Assembly: GCA_000934665.2 (NCBI GenBank)
Contig: JYFJ02002921.1
Location: 1-49,662, forward strand
Origin: Catajapyx aquilonaris
Lineage: Eukaryota
Direction of reading: 5' to 3'
DNA length: 49,662 bases
Part shown: positions 37,035 through 49,662 of the stretch, piece after piece
Layout: each line of letters opens with the position of its first letter
How positions within the stretch are numbered: the stretch's first letter is position 1
Translations under genes and position numbers: made by a program
The notes under the pieces: generated by a model
Seen by the model: only the letters and a program-made list of their open reading frames with translations
What the model was told of the DNA's origin: nothing
The model's database searches: none

Positions 37035-37609
37035 GAGTAGTCACTGTGTGTAGATCTGTGCGTGGCGAGAGAAGTGAGTCAGCATTGTGGGGAAATGTTT
37101 CCGTGGTACGGAAGATGGCCAGCCTGTCAAATAGGTTGGCGACCAGTATTTTATTAACCTTTATTTTCTGACCATTTAAGGTCACAGTGACTGTGCCAGT
37201 AGTTTTCTAACATGGTGGGGATTGAGAAGATTTATTCAAAGAAAAAGAGTTTTGTATGGCAGTTATGTAGGTGTGTAGTGGAAAAGAAAATAATTTTCTT
37301 CGCTTTGAGCATTCCCCCCTGCTGCGACTGAACTTCTGCAACAATCATTCGGTACTTTTAGTAGGACACGTTAGATCTGCGGTGTGAAGCGTCAAAAGCT
37401 TCAAACCTTCTGGTATTATTGAAGTGGAAGGATGTGGAAAAAATTTTGGTGTCGAATCTCAGTTTTTCCATCCTCCCAAAAAACCCTATTGCATTTTTCT
37501 GAGCTCCAATTATTTTTGTCTCTCTCTTTTTTTTTGTTGTCCATGGAATATTAGTGGTAATGGCATAATTTTTGGGGGTGGATTTTGCGGGTCCTTTTGA
37601 CAGAAATGG

Positions 37610-37615
37610 AATAAA
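37610..37615 (+). terminator. Candidate poly(A) signal of SEC63 copy A
   Basis: AATAAA about 580 nt after the stop codon, followed by TG/T-rich sequence. Confidence 0.45.
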
Positions 37616-38689
37616 TTATTTGTTACATATTGTCAAGCACCAAGTTGTAATTTTGCGCATATATTCAGCGTCATGCATTTATTCTAAGGAAACTTCGTGC
37701 AGAATGTAGGTTTTGGTCTGGCCGGGACAGGTTTATCGGTAAGTATATGAACTTTGAAATTTGGTGTGTGAGAAGTCACTGAATGGAATTAGCTCGGAAA
37801 GCAAGACTTTGTCTCATGCGTGACTTTTATCGATTTGCATGATGGTTCACTTATCAGGCTTCGATCGTCTTTTCAAGACCTGCCCATCTGCCAGTTGAAA
37901 ATGGTTAACACGACCGAGGGTATCACAATAAATGAAGCACAGTGAAACCTACATTTAAAAGAATCGCTCCGATATATGTTTGACAGAATAACATCAAAAA
38001 TTATTGTACCATATTGTTTATGGGTCGGGAGCCAGCTTTATTTTCGTGTAATATCCAGCCATTTTTAAAATAGAAAACATGGGAGGTGATCGCTAACAAA
38101 TTAATGTGATCTAGCCAGTTTTTTCAGTGCAGTTTATATACCGGTGATAATAATCAACGAGTGAAAAAAAAAAGAAAATTGGAGGCAGCCTTTTATCTTA
38201 GGTCAATAGGTGGTCCGCTTATCATCTCTGCGCCACATATCATGCTGATGCTCACTACTCACACTGCTTCAGTGACACAGACTAAGTAAGTTAACAATAT
38301 TTTTCAGAAGTAACAGTCATTATTAAAATGTTAATATGCAATCTCATATGTTTGCCTTGTTCTGCTTGCTTGAAACAAGATATCGGGTGATATACACGGC
38401 ATTCTGGATGCTGCAGGTGTTTACAATTTGTATTTCGAACGTCTAGGGCAATTACACCGTAACTGACGCAACATCTGGAGAGGATTCATGCTGTACTTAT
38501 ATTTGTTGCAATGGCAAATGTTACTGGAAAAGGAATTTAAAATATAATGATCTGCTTTCAATAAGCCATCTCCACCCCACAATAAGCGACTTCATTTTTG
38601 GATCATGTCTCTGTTGCCGTGGAATTACCCTCTAACATCAGTATTTATTTGTTTGAAGATACCATTAATATTGAAATCGGGATTGAAGC

Positions 38690-41600
38690 ATGGCAGGAAG
38701 TAAATTCGAGTATGACGAGAGTGGAAAAACCTCCCTGTACTTTGCATTGTCATTTCTGTTCGTCATTCTGATCATCGGCACATATTATGCCTGGCGCCGC
38801 GTGAGCAAACAATGTAAGTTACTTATGTTTTATGCTTTGGGATGTGCATGCTAATAATATTTAATTATGGATATTCAGCAGGAAAGAAACTTCGCTGTAG
38901 ATGCAAAGGCTGCGCTCAGAAAAATGAGAGATTGCGGCCAGCAGAAGATAGCAAAAGAAGAAAGCATATCCTTATGTACGTGTGGTACGCCAGGAATAAT
39001 TTGATTCACGCATTATACCTTTGCATAATTTTTATTTCAGATGTACTTTGCTTGCACTTGTATGGTTTGCCTTTTTCGCCCTTGTTTATTACGTGAACCA
39101 GTTTGAATACGAATATGTAAACTTCGACCCATATGAAATTCTACAGCTGGATGAGGTTTGTATACACGGCCGTATGATCAGCTAACGTTGGACATGTAAT
39201 TAACGCTAGCTTTCCATTTGGACAGGGATCGTCACTTGCTGCAATTAAAAAGTCCTACCGGAGGCTTTCCCTTATCTACCATCCTGACAGGGAGACTGGC
39301 GATGAAAAGAAATTTGTGAAGCTGACGAAAGGTATGAATATTTTGTTACAATTGTCTGATACTGATGCAGTCATTTCACAGCTTATCAGGCATTGACTGA
39401 CGAGGAAGCGAGACACAACTGGGAGTTGTATGGGAATCCTGACGGACCTGGCGCGAAGACCTTTGGAATTGCTCTCCCTTCTTGGATTGTTGAAAAGCAG
39501 AATTCAATATGGGTGCGTTTCGTACGACTAACTCTCCGCCTGAGTTGGAATGTAATGGTTGTTTTTTTCAGGTGCTAGGCTTGTACACATTGGTGTTTAT
39601 GATAGGTCTCCCTACTGCTGTTGGAGTGTGGTGGTACAATTCGATGCGTTATTCTGGGGATCAAGTGCTGCTGATCACCACCCAGTTGTTCAACTTCTGC
39701 TTCGACAAGACTCCCTTCATTAGCGTCAAGAGAGCCGTAATGATACTGGCTGCCTCATTTGAGTTTTGTCCCGCATACAACAATGAAGTTGTGTCCAGAG
39801 AGACTGACGGCCCAGAGTTGGCAGCGCTGATCAAAAGGCTCACCAGCAACCTTGGCGAGAAGGGCAAGGAAAGGCCTTTCTGCGCCCAGTATTCCGTCAA
39901 GGCGAGGGCCTTGTTGCATGCTCACTTCTCACGGATAGAGTTGGACAAGGAAAGCATGCTGGAAGCGGACAGGCTGATGATACTTAACAAATGTTCGCTC
40001 CTGATACAAGAAATGATCAGCTCAGTGTCAAACACCATGTTCAGGGCCCGATGGAGGAGAGGTGAGGTTCAATTAATGGCTCCATGGGCAATCCTGCAAT
40101 AATTTTATGTTTTACCAGCGGTATGCCCAGTGATAGTGAAAGGTAAATGGTGGGACAACCTGAATTACCTCGACCTACCGTACGCTTTGCAAATAATGCT
40201 GGCTGACCTGGCAACCAAACGGAAGAAGATCCGCAGCGTCAAGGAGTTGTTGCGTGTGAAGGAAGTGCAGCGGAGGGACCTGCTCAGGAAGTTGACTAAG
40301 CAGGAGTACGATTTCATAATGGAAGTTTGCTCGAGCAAGAGGTGCCACAATGTGTCTCTAGATTCGACTCCAGAGGGTAAGACTTTGTGTCTCTTCAATT
40401 GCAATGAATCTCTCGTAGTACTAGAGGAGGCCTTTTCAGTTATGATATTGGACTACTACACTCATATTTTCATGATGCAGGTAATTGCCTTCCGGAGTTG
40501 CGCACAATGGAGAACTGCATGCTTCTGAGCCAGATGATAGTGCAAGCCGTGTGGGACAACACTCCTATGTTGCAGCTGCCTTATGTAACTGAGAAAATGT
40601 TGGCCGACTTTGTTGTCAATCGGAGGACAATAGGCAGCATCCATCAATTTATGCAGCTGAAGGAGACGGAAAGGCGGGATCTGCTCGAGGATTTGGATGA
40701 TCAGGAATACAGTGACGTCATGGAAACTTGTGGAGCGTTTCCTCATGTAGAGATGGAGGCTACCCCAGAAGGTGTTGTTGGATTCTGCCTGTCAAAAATA
40801 ATTGGAAAACATTGCCATTAATGAATTGTTTGTAACATTGCAGTTGTGGATGATGAAGCTCCCAATGATTTCACCGCTGGAGCTATGGTGACAATGACTG
40901 TGAAACTGACACGGAGCAGCCTGAAGGGCTTCGGCACGAAGGATCAGGACGAAGTAGCGGATGATGGGGATAAACCCGAGGAAGAAGGGAAAGAGGTGGA
41001 GGTGACCACGAAGAAGCAGACAAAGTGGCAGAGCAAGGCAAAGAAAAAGATCACGAAAAAAGGTGGGAACAGGAAAGCCGGGAAGAAGGGCATGAAAGCA
41101 ACTGAAAATGTTCCGGAGGAAAGTGAAGAAGAGGAAGAGAAAAAAGAGGTTGAGGCAGCGGACGGCCGAGAAAGCGGGTCAGAAGGAGAAGAAAAAGAGC
41201 GGGACGTTACTTCCGACGAGAAGCATGACGACTGGGAGGATTTTCGCCATGTTACTCCCAAGAAGGAAAAGGCTTTGGAAGGAAAGAGCAAACTGTCGCA
41301 TCCGGTCCACTGTCCTTTCTTCCCAAATGTTAGCTTCAATAATTGCTTGCATGATTGTATGAATTTTTAAATCTCCTGTCTCTAATCTTTTGTGCTCGTA
41401 GGACAAACAGGAGTACTGGTGGGTGTATATTTGCGACCGCAAAAATCAGATGCTGTTAACATCACCGGTACTGGTTACTGATTTGGTAACTACCAAAGAG
41501 ATTGAGATTCATTTCAACGTTCCGTCAGAACCAGGACAATACACATACAGTGTATGCCTCAAATCAGATTCATATTTGGGATTCGATCAAGTAAATGACT

Positions 41601-41856
41601 TGCAGGTACTGTTACCTTACGTATGATAATGACAGTTGTTCTGTCTCCGTAATGATTACTAGAAGTAATAGCAGATTGGTTTTGCAAATGACAATTTGGT
41701 AATGGACGTTTATACTTTGGACAGTTTGATGTCAAAGAAGCCAAAGAGGAGGAAGACCATCCGCAATGGGACTTCTCGGATGAAGAAGAGGAGCAGGAAG
41801 AGGATAAAGAGGAGGACATTGGATACGACTCTGAGTTTGCAACTGATTCTGAATAA
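38690..41856 (+). CDS. SEC63: SEC63 tandem paralogue (copy B); exons 38690-38813, 38879-38975, 39041-39155, 39226-39331, 39382-39512, 39572-40061, [40119-40376], 40481-40771, 40844-41328, 41402-41605, 41725-41856; 724 aa without and 810 aa with the extra exon
   Basis: MAGSKFEYDESGKTSLYF start, HPD retained (IYHPDRETGDE), YGNPDGP, SHPVHCPFFPNDKQEYWW, LKSDSYLGFD, acidic tail. Intron positions and phases match copy A, six exon lengths are identical (124, 115, 106, 131, 291, 204), and I found no internal stops or frameshifts. Confidence 0.92.
40119..40376 (+). CDS. Extra duplicated exon (7a) of SEC63 copy B
   Basis: ttttaccag|CG GTA TGC...CCA GAG G|gtaaga; 258 nt, phase 1-1, open; aligns with exon 7 (PVIVKGKWWD..LPY...ML...TKRKKIRS......K...RRDLL..L..QEYD..MEVC...TPE). 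Confidence 0.7.
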
Positions 41857-42774
41857 ATTCTCCCCATGTCTTCTTATTTCTTCTTTTGATTCATCAATTG
41901 TCCTTTGCAAGGTTGGTGTAAGAAGGAGGAGTAACAGTAGTGGTTTCAATTTTGGTAGCATGTCAAGTTCAGATTGATTTCCATATCGCTGCTGTGCTTA
42001 ACGACGTCAAGTTGCATGGCTCTGTAGGCTAAACTATGGAGCTAAAAAGGGGGCAAAGTAGAATCTAGCTGGTTAATCGCAATTAAGTGTTCTCTGATCA
42101 CATGCACTCTCGTATAACAATTTTGTGTAAGTTTAATTACATTTTTTGTAACATAATGGCTGTGTCCCAGAGACTTTTTTAAACTCAAGTTTGAGTATTT
42201 CACAGCCATGTGTTTCATATTATGTTAAAAAGTTACCCATGGGCCTAAAATTCATACATTTTTTTTTTTCTCCTCACATTCTGGAATTACGTGCTACATG
42301 GGCATGTTATCACGAGGCTAATTGAGAGGTGCTTATGAAGTAGATGTCACAAAGAAATTGCAACACTTGTTTGTCAGGGTGACATTCTGAGATATTCATG
42401 ATGTAATGCAGGAAGGATTATTTTCTACCCCCATTAGTGGAGTTTGGTCATAGTATTTTTTGTACAGGTACTTACAGCCATGAACTACAACTGGGATCGA
42501 CCATCATGTGCTCCACAAGATCTCGGAGAGTAACAGAAGGTATTTAGCTATTTTTTTTTTAGCTAACTATATAGCTGTGTATTAGCCTTAGTTGTGCAAT
42601 TGTGACCTACCATGCACAAATTCTGTCTGTGACACAATTGTTGACATTGTAAGGACTTTTCCCATTCCAGCAATATTTGCAAAGTGTTACACTCCTGGGG
42701 TACAGGTGAAGGATGTGAATTCCCCACTTAACCCAACCAACTTAGATAAAGCAAGAGCAATCCTGCTAGATTGA

Positions 42775-42894
42775 TGCCTGATTGCACCAACTGAATCCGA
42801 TAGCTCGTAACAGATCGTTAGGTAGTCCTTTAAACATGTCCTAACGATCTGTTAGAAGCTATCGGATCAGTAATTCCATTGGTGCAATCAGGCA
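42775..42894. mobile_element. PIF/Harbinger-type MITE with 3-bp TSD
   Basis: TGA|TGCCTGATTGCACCAA...TTGGTGCAATCAGGCA|TGA; internal palindrome atccgatagct..taacagatcgttagg / cctaacgatctgtta..agctatcggat. Confidence 0.82.
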
Positions 42895-44542
42895 TGAGTG
42901 AAAGAGACTAAGATTAATTTATTTTATAGGTGATATGCACAAGGTTTGATGGTAAAAATTGAAGACTACAGAGTGGGGTTATGCGAATCATAACTGCACC
43001 CACACTGATCATGAGTCAATGTGTTTTCCTTCTCCGGACACAATGAATGAATGCATTTTGGACTGATTGTTACCAGAGAATCGTCCTAAGCCACCAGCTT
43101 AAATGGTAAAGAGATGTTTCCCGATGGACATAAAGCCAATTTCGACTTGATTTAAACCTCCAACCTTATTCCTGCCAGTCGTGGATGTCAGGAGGGCAAG
43201 TGTGTGTGATCGTCCTTGAGCCATTGATCACATTTTATTGTATGGTATGTAGTTAATGCACGTGACATTTTCCAGCATTACGGGTAATATTTCCTTCACC
43301 TGTTACGGCCTGTTTCCACCGGCATAATTTTTGTTCTGGACAAAATGCAAGCCAGAGCAATTTTTTGTTGCTTGCGATTAATAATGAAGTAACAAAGTAA
43401 TAATAATAAAGCTGGTTTGATTTTGTAATCCATTTTTGTGCTGGAAAATAATTATGCTGGTGGAAACAGGCCCTTACGGGACTGGACAACTGTGAACCAC
43501 ATTTCAATGTATTAAAGCTTGATTTTAAAAGGGGGCAACACTGACACATTGTGCTGTGCATTAAACTGTAGCATCTGATGTCACAGGATCTACTGAGAGT
43601 GATGCAACATGTACCCAGGCATTTGACCACAAGGTCATAGCCACTGCAGCTGGGAGAGTGGAGGGTGGGAAGGTAGCCACCCCCTACCCCCTTCTTCGCC
43701 TTCCCCCTACTCTTGCCTCTTTTTTATTGTGTCTAGATCTGGCTGGAAGGCAGAGGTACATTCCAACACTGGTTCAGATGGGGCAGATCTACAACCATAC
43801 GACCATTGCTACTTGACAGACCTGGAATGTACGGATATGGTGAGTACAGAAGTGATATTAATCAAAATCAGGTTATTTAAAGGTGACTGCAATATGCCAT
43901 CTCATTGTAATAGTTAATTAGCAATATAGATAAACTATTGCTTCCCAAAATCCTTATTTGACTCTCAAATGCACTTAGGCTGATATGATACTGTGTTATT
44001 TATTGATCTTCCCAGGTGCCTACTGGGTCTTAAAAGTAAAATGGTAAATGAGATCAAAATTTTAAACCAGCTGTGATCAGCAAGGACGTTACATGTGAAA
44101 TGAGAATGTGTGGCATCAATTCGCTGCCTCTCGACCTGCCTCGCAAATCGACCCAATTTGGATAGTAGCCCAGCTCATTAGTCGTCGCTCTTCAGACCAG
44201 GACTAGATTGGACAGGACCGTATCGTCACAAAACAATTCATATTTTATGGCTACCTGTGTTGCACATTACGAGTATTTAACCCCACCTATTTAACCCCTG
44301 TGTTGTAGATTATCTGTGGTTGGACATGTGTATGTTGGGGCTGTGTGGTTTTATTTGCCTTGAGGCCTCGAGGCGTGTGAGAAAATGGCTGGTGGTGGTT
44401 GAACAAAGTATGGTTTGTGTTCTTCACATGCTGTTGTGGGTGAAAAATAAACGGTAGACAAACTGGGCTCGCCATTGGTATTGTACTCCACCCACCCGAT
44501 TTGGTTGATTCTTACTGCCTTGTCTTCTAATTTCAATGGTTG

Positions 44543-45452
<910 letters not shown>

Positions 45453-46951
45453 ATGGTTGCAGGATGATACTGAAGACGACATGGTGGTTGGCGATTTGGA
45501 GATTTGAGGAGAATGCAAATGTGGTGGTGGTTTGCAGTTTGAACTAATGCGGATGAATGTCAGGTGGATGGCCGCATCGGCACTGTTTGGGAAGAAATTT
45601 CTGCAAGGTCTGAATCCACCAAGACTGAAGACAAGACAGGACACCACTTGCACCTGATGCTGGATGAGTGCAGCCTACAGCTCGACAGAATCAACCACAT
45701 CAAGTGTCGCAGAGAGGAGATTATATATGAGCTGGTGCTAACCATACCTCGATGACCTCCCAGATGAAATGTCTGCATGCCTGCTGCCAGAGGATGCATC
45801 TCTCAAGCCGGAGGGCAACCCCTGACCAATAAGATAAGTTGAAGGATGCTGTTTCAACAAGCTATTTTATTCATTTTCCAGTGCATTAATTTCTCAGGTG
45901 GGGTGGGGAATGGGAGTTGGTACACTTGGTCTCATCCTGGAAGCATTTTTCTCACCAGTTCCTCTGACAATGGGGCAGCCATCCCCCGCCAATGGTAGCA
46001 GGTCGACCTTACTGACCTCGCCTTACTGACTTGGACCTCCCCTTGCAGTGTGCCTGTAGGCTTCCCCTTGTGGGAGACGAAAGAATGGGATCAATGCCCC
46101 ACCGCAGGATGATGACCCATATTCCTCCTCTCCACTCCCAGCACTTGCACACAGGGTGATCCACTAACACATGAGGGCTACTAATGTTGTAGGAATTCTG
46201 CTAACGGGGTGGTGGCTGTGACACGGCAGAGTTAACTGCGCTGCATGATGGACTGCTATTTTGCTGATGTATGGTTTGATGCACCCACTTTCACCTGTTC
46301 CTTCACATACCCCACGACATAACAGATCCCTCTCTGAAAGGAATGCACTTCTTCCCCCCTAAGCATCTACCTTCTCCAAAAACTACAGTAAGTGAAAGGG
46401 ACTGTTGCAATAACCTGGACTTTTCTCATTATGTTGGTGTTTCAGAGAATAGTTCAGCTGCAAGAATCCCAGCTGGAGGATGGTCCTGTTTCCTCACTGC
46501 ACTTGCCTCGTACGCAGTTGCTCTCTACAAGAGAAGTTTGGATAAGGATTCAGCGAAGGTAATTATTGAACTTTCAATTTTGCCCAATCAGACTTTATTC
46601 TTAGGTAATGGTGCATTACGATTTCACGATTTCATTGCTGATGGTCATTCTCAATCAGGCTGATTTATAAGTGACTGCCTCAACATTGGAACACACGTCC
46701 AGTACCTAAAGCTGCTTATCAATGGCCAGGGGCGTCATGGACTAGGAGGCTGGGGTTGGGGAACCCATATGGCAACCAGGACGTGATTGATGGGATTTTG
46801 ACAAGGTAATAATTTCCAATGCTGTGACTTTGCATTGATTTCTCTCATGGGTAATGGGTCCTTGTCTGGGTCAAATGCTGTCTGTGAGTCTTCATCGGGT
46901 TCGAGGCAAGCAGCACGGGTACTCTGAAACATGATTGCGGCAACAACTGAT

Positions 46952-47170
46952 GAGGTCATCATTCACGCCATCCAACCTCACAATGTTCATGGGACACGAC
47001 AAATTTAATTTGGTGAGCAAAGGTCATTTATAGGCATAGCCCCAGCTAATTAGGAATTTGCATGTTGTCGTCATAATTATTTCAAAAATAGGTGGATTTT
47101 TATTTTTCAATTCCCTTGCTAGTCTAATATTATTGCTTCCAAAGAGTGTGGCAGTGGCATGGCATGCCTT
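46952..47170 (+). repeat. Diverged direct repeat, second copy at about 49444-49662
   Basis: ttcacgccatccaac.tcac.atgttc..ggg...acaaatt..at.tggtgagcaa...catttata...cagctaattag.aatttgc...gtcataatt...aattcccttg shared; spacing about 2.5 kb. Confidence 0.75.
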
Positions 47171-49662
47171 TGGATGCTTCACTGTTTGACCATCTCTAGA
47201 CGGGACCAAGCCACATCATGTCATGCATGGACTCAGACCAAGGATGAAGAAGAAGAGGAGGCGGAAGGGACACTTTTCCTCGCTGCTTGTGCCTTTTGTT
47301 GGGCACATTTGTTGGGTTATTGAGTGTATGTGTCATTTGCTTGGCACTCATTACAATGCTGCATTGATATGCATATCAATAGGGTAAAGTGGCCACTTGA
47401 AATGTTTTGCTGCATGATGGGTATTGGGTGTTGCATTGTGTTGTTGTCACTAACTATTTCTGCACCAATATCTTGAAATGTTCTTAATGGCTACATGAGT
47501 GATTCATGTGATCTAATGTGTGTTCAGAGTCATTTTAGGTCACTGCTGCTGTCAGCTGGACTCCTGATGAGTGAAGGACTCAGTACAGCTCATAGTAAAT
47601 GTTTAATGTATATGAACATTTTCGCGTTCTAGGGTTCTGCTGAGATAATGGACCCCAGCTTAATAACCAGCTGTAGATCCTGGCAAATATGAAGCAGAGC
47701 AAAGAGCTGTGGTTACCAGCCCATTTCACACCTGGTGTTCATCCCATACACAGCCTTGGGAACTCGTAGCCAACCCTGCTGCTGCTTCAGCGCATCTTCG
47801 TAAGGATATGACTCAACAAGCCGGCAGTCACTGCAGACAAAAAAGCAGGCGTAGCCGTGCAGAGTGAGATGAAGTAGTTGTGCCGCAGAACATTTCATTA
47901 TTCCAAGAACATTTCTTTCAGGGAAGAAGTGACTAGACGAACATCAGGTGGCAATAATCAGGGTGACAACGTGGCAACCCCCTCTTCAGAAGACAGCTAT
48001 TGAAGTGCACATCCATGCAGGTACATCGCTAGTTGTCTGCGATCCCTTGGATAATAATCGCTGTGCACATCAGGGGTAAGCAGCTGTGTATAGTCCATCT
48101 GCATCTTGGGCTGACCTGGTGATGTGGTGTCCCTCTGCCCAGTGACCTCCCACGTAAACAGTGAATCCAACCCGTCTGTTTTAGATGTCATAAGATGCTT
48201 CGTGGGCCAGACAACAACTATAATGGGGAGGAACACCAAAGTGAGCCCTGCGACATCTCAACCAAAAGTGATGTACGGATGGAAGCATGAGGCTGAGTCA
48301 ACACCTTTGCCTCCAGACGACTCACCAACCTGCAGGCATGACGGCAGTATCTCTGATGTGTCCAGATTAGTGAAACTGAGACCAGCATTCAGGGTTTCCC
48401 CTTCCTAATTAATAATATTTTATGATCATTTGTTTCAGGATTATGGCGACTCGGTTGACTGGCACTGCAACGGTCTCTCCAGATGATGACAAAGGAAACC
48501 TGCTGGGAAGATCTGCATAAGGACTTCATTTTTGAGGACTGGATCAGGCATGGGGCTTCAATGACTGCAGAGAAAGATGATGGAGAATGGACTCGTCTGT
48601 GGTTCAAGCCAAGAGGTCTGACTGCAAGAGTGTTAGGGTGAGTGGTCGTTTAAAGCCCATTAGTAGATTCGAGTGAGGCGTTCCCTCCTTTTCAGTTTCA
48701 CAGTCCAAGTGTAGTGCCCAATGGAAAATCACTGCATTCGATTGGGTTGCAAGGGACTGCAGGTTAGGGCAAGGGATGTTCTGCGGCTGATGTTGAACAG
48801 GATGGAAATGCCTATAATACCAGCCGGCAGGTTGCCTCCACCTAGTGCCCTCGTCCAGCTCATACTGGTCATTTTTGCGTCAATTTGCTCTGCATGTAAA
48901 AGGCTGGTGAATTTGGAGGGAAGAGTACGCCTCCATGTAGTACTTCTTGCACTGCAGATAATTCAGGAATTGTCAATTGATTTTAATGGAAGTGGAAGAT
49001 GCGGAGTTGGGGGGAAGGGTTGGGTGCAATTTTGCGCTTTACAGGAAGGGTGAAGCTGGCTGGAGAGGTCAAGGGTCACTGTGCCATCCACACCTGATGT
49101 CTAGTCCGGATCGGGATGCCTGCAAGCGAGCCATGGTGGTGTGTAGCTGCGATGCAGCCAAGCCAACGGTGGGTCTTCCGGGTCCCATACGCTGGGAGGA
49201 GCTGGTGGCATTTTTTCTCTCCATTGTAATGGAAGGTTGCAAGCATTTACATGCCTTGAGTTATTGTGGTTTGGCACATAATTTTACTAATTGCATTATT
49301 TTTTACTTGTGGTGTGCAATTACGTTTGGGACGTTGATGGTCCAACTCTTCCATGCCAACTTGCTGCTGCCTTCATGGGAGCCTGCCTTAGAGACGGCTT
49401 TCAAACAATCAGCAATGGCACTTGGAAACACTCCTACATCACCTGAGGTCAACAGTCTTTCTTCACGCCATCCAACATCACGATGTTCTGGGGCCATTAC
49501 AAATTAGATCTGGTGAGCAAGTGTCACATTTATAAAAGTATCCACAGCTAATTAGAAATTTGCCTGATGATGTCATAATTGCCAGTTAATGGGTTGACTT
49601 GTATTTGCAAATTCCCTTGTGCTAGTTTTATTGCTTAATGAGTGTGACATCACAATATGCCT

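Noticed and set aside
35211..41339. Antisense ORFs over SEC63 exons (e.g. 35965-36570, 35533-35961, 40944-41339)
   Set aside because: Shadow frames of purine-rich, biased coding sequence with no independent gene signals.
38690..41856. SEC63-B as a pseudogene or assembly haplotype duplicate
   Set aside because: All exons are open with canonical splice sites and HPD is intact, and the divergence from copy A is far too high for an allelic duplicate.

Overview
Eukaryotic, intron-rich animal genomic DNA, most likely a pancrustacean arthropod because it carries a TipE/Teh-family gene. Four spliced genes were reconstructed by hand from GT-AG junctions with consistent phase. (1) The 3' five coding exons of an EVA-1/EVA1C-like SUEL-lectin transmembrane gene (+, 253..9542). 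(2) A convergent Teh1-like TipE-family sodium-channel auxiliary subunit (-, 27769..16282, about 325 aa). (3) A canonical SEC63 (+, 33623..37034, 10 coding exons, 762 aa). (4) An intact but diverged tandem SEC63 paralogue (+, 38690..41856). The paralogue carries an extra, duplicated, frame-preserving copy of exon 7 with opposite charge to its twin, and a NAGNAG acceptor whose distal AG creates a stop codon. Introns and intergenic DNA hold several MITE-like inverted repeats and two tRNA-derived SINEs, one with target-site duplications and a 504-nt poly(A). The last 7 kb look CpG-poor and contain exon-like blocks and a diverged direct repeat that I could not assign. Family assignments come from motif recognition and recall, not from database searches.
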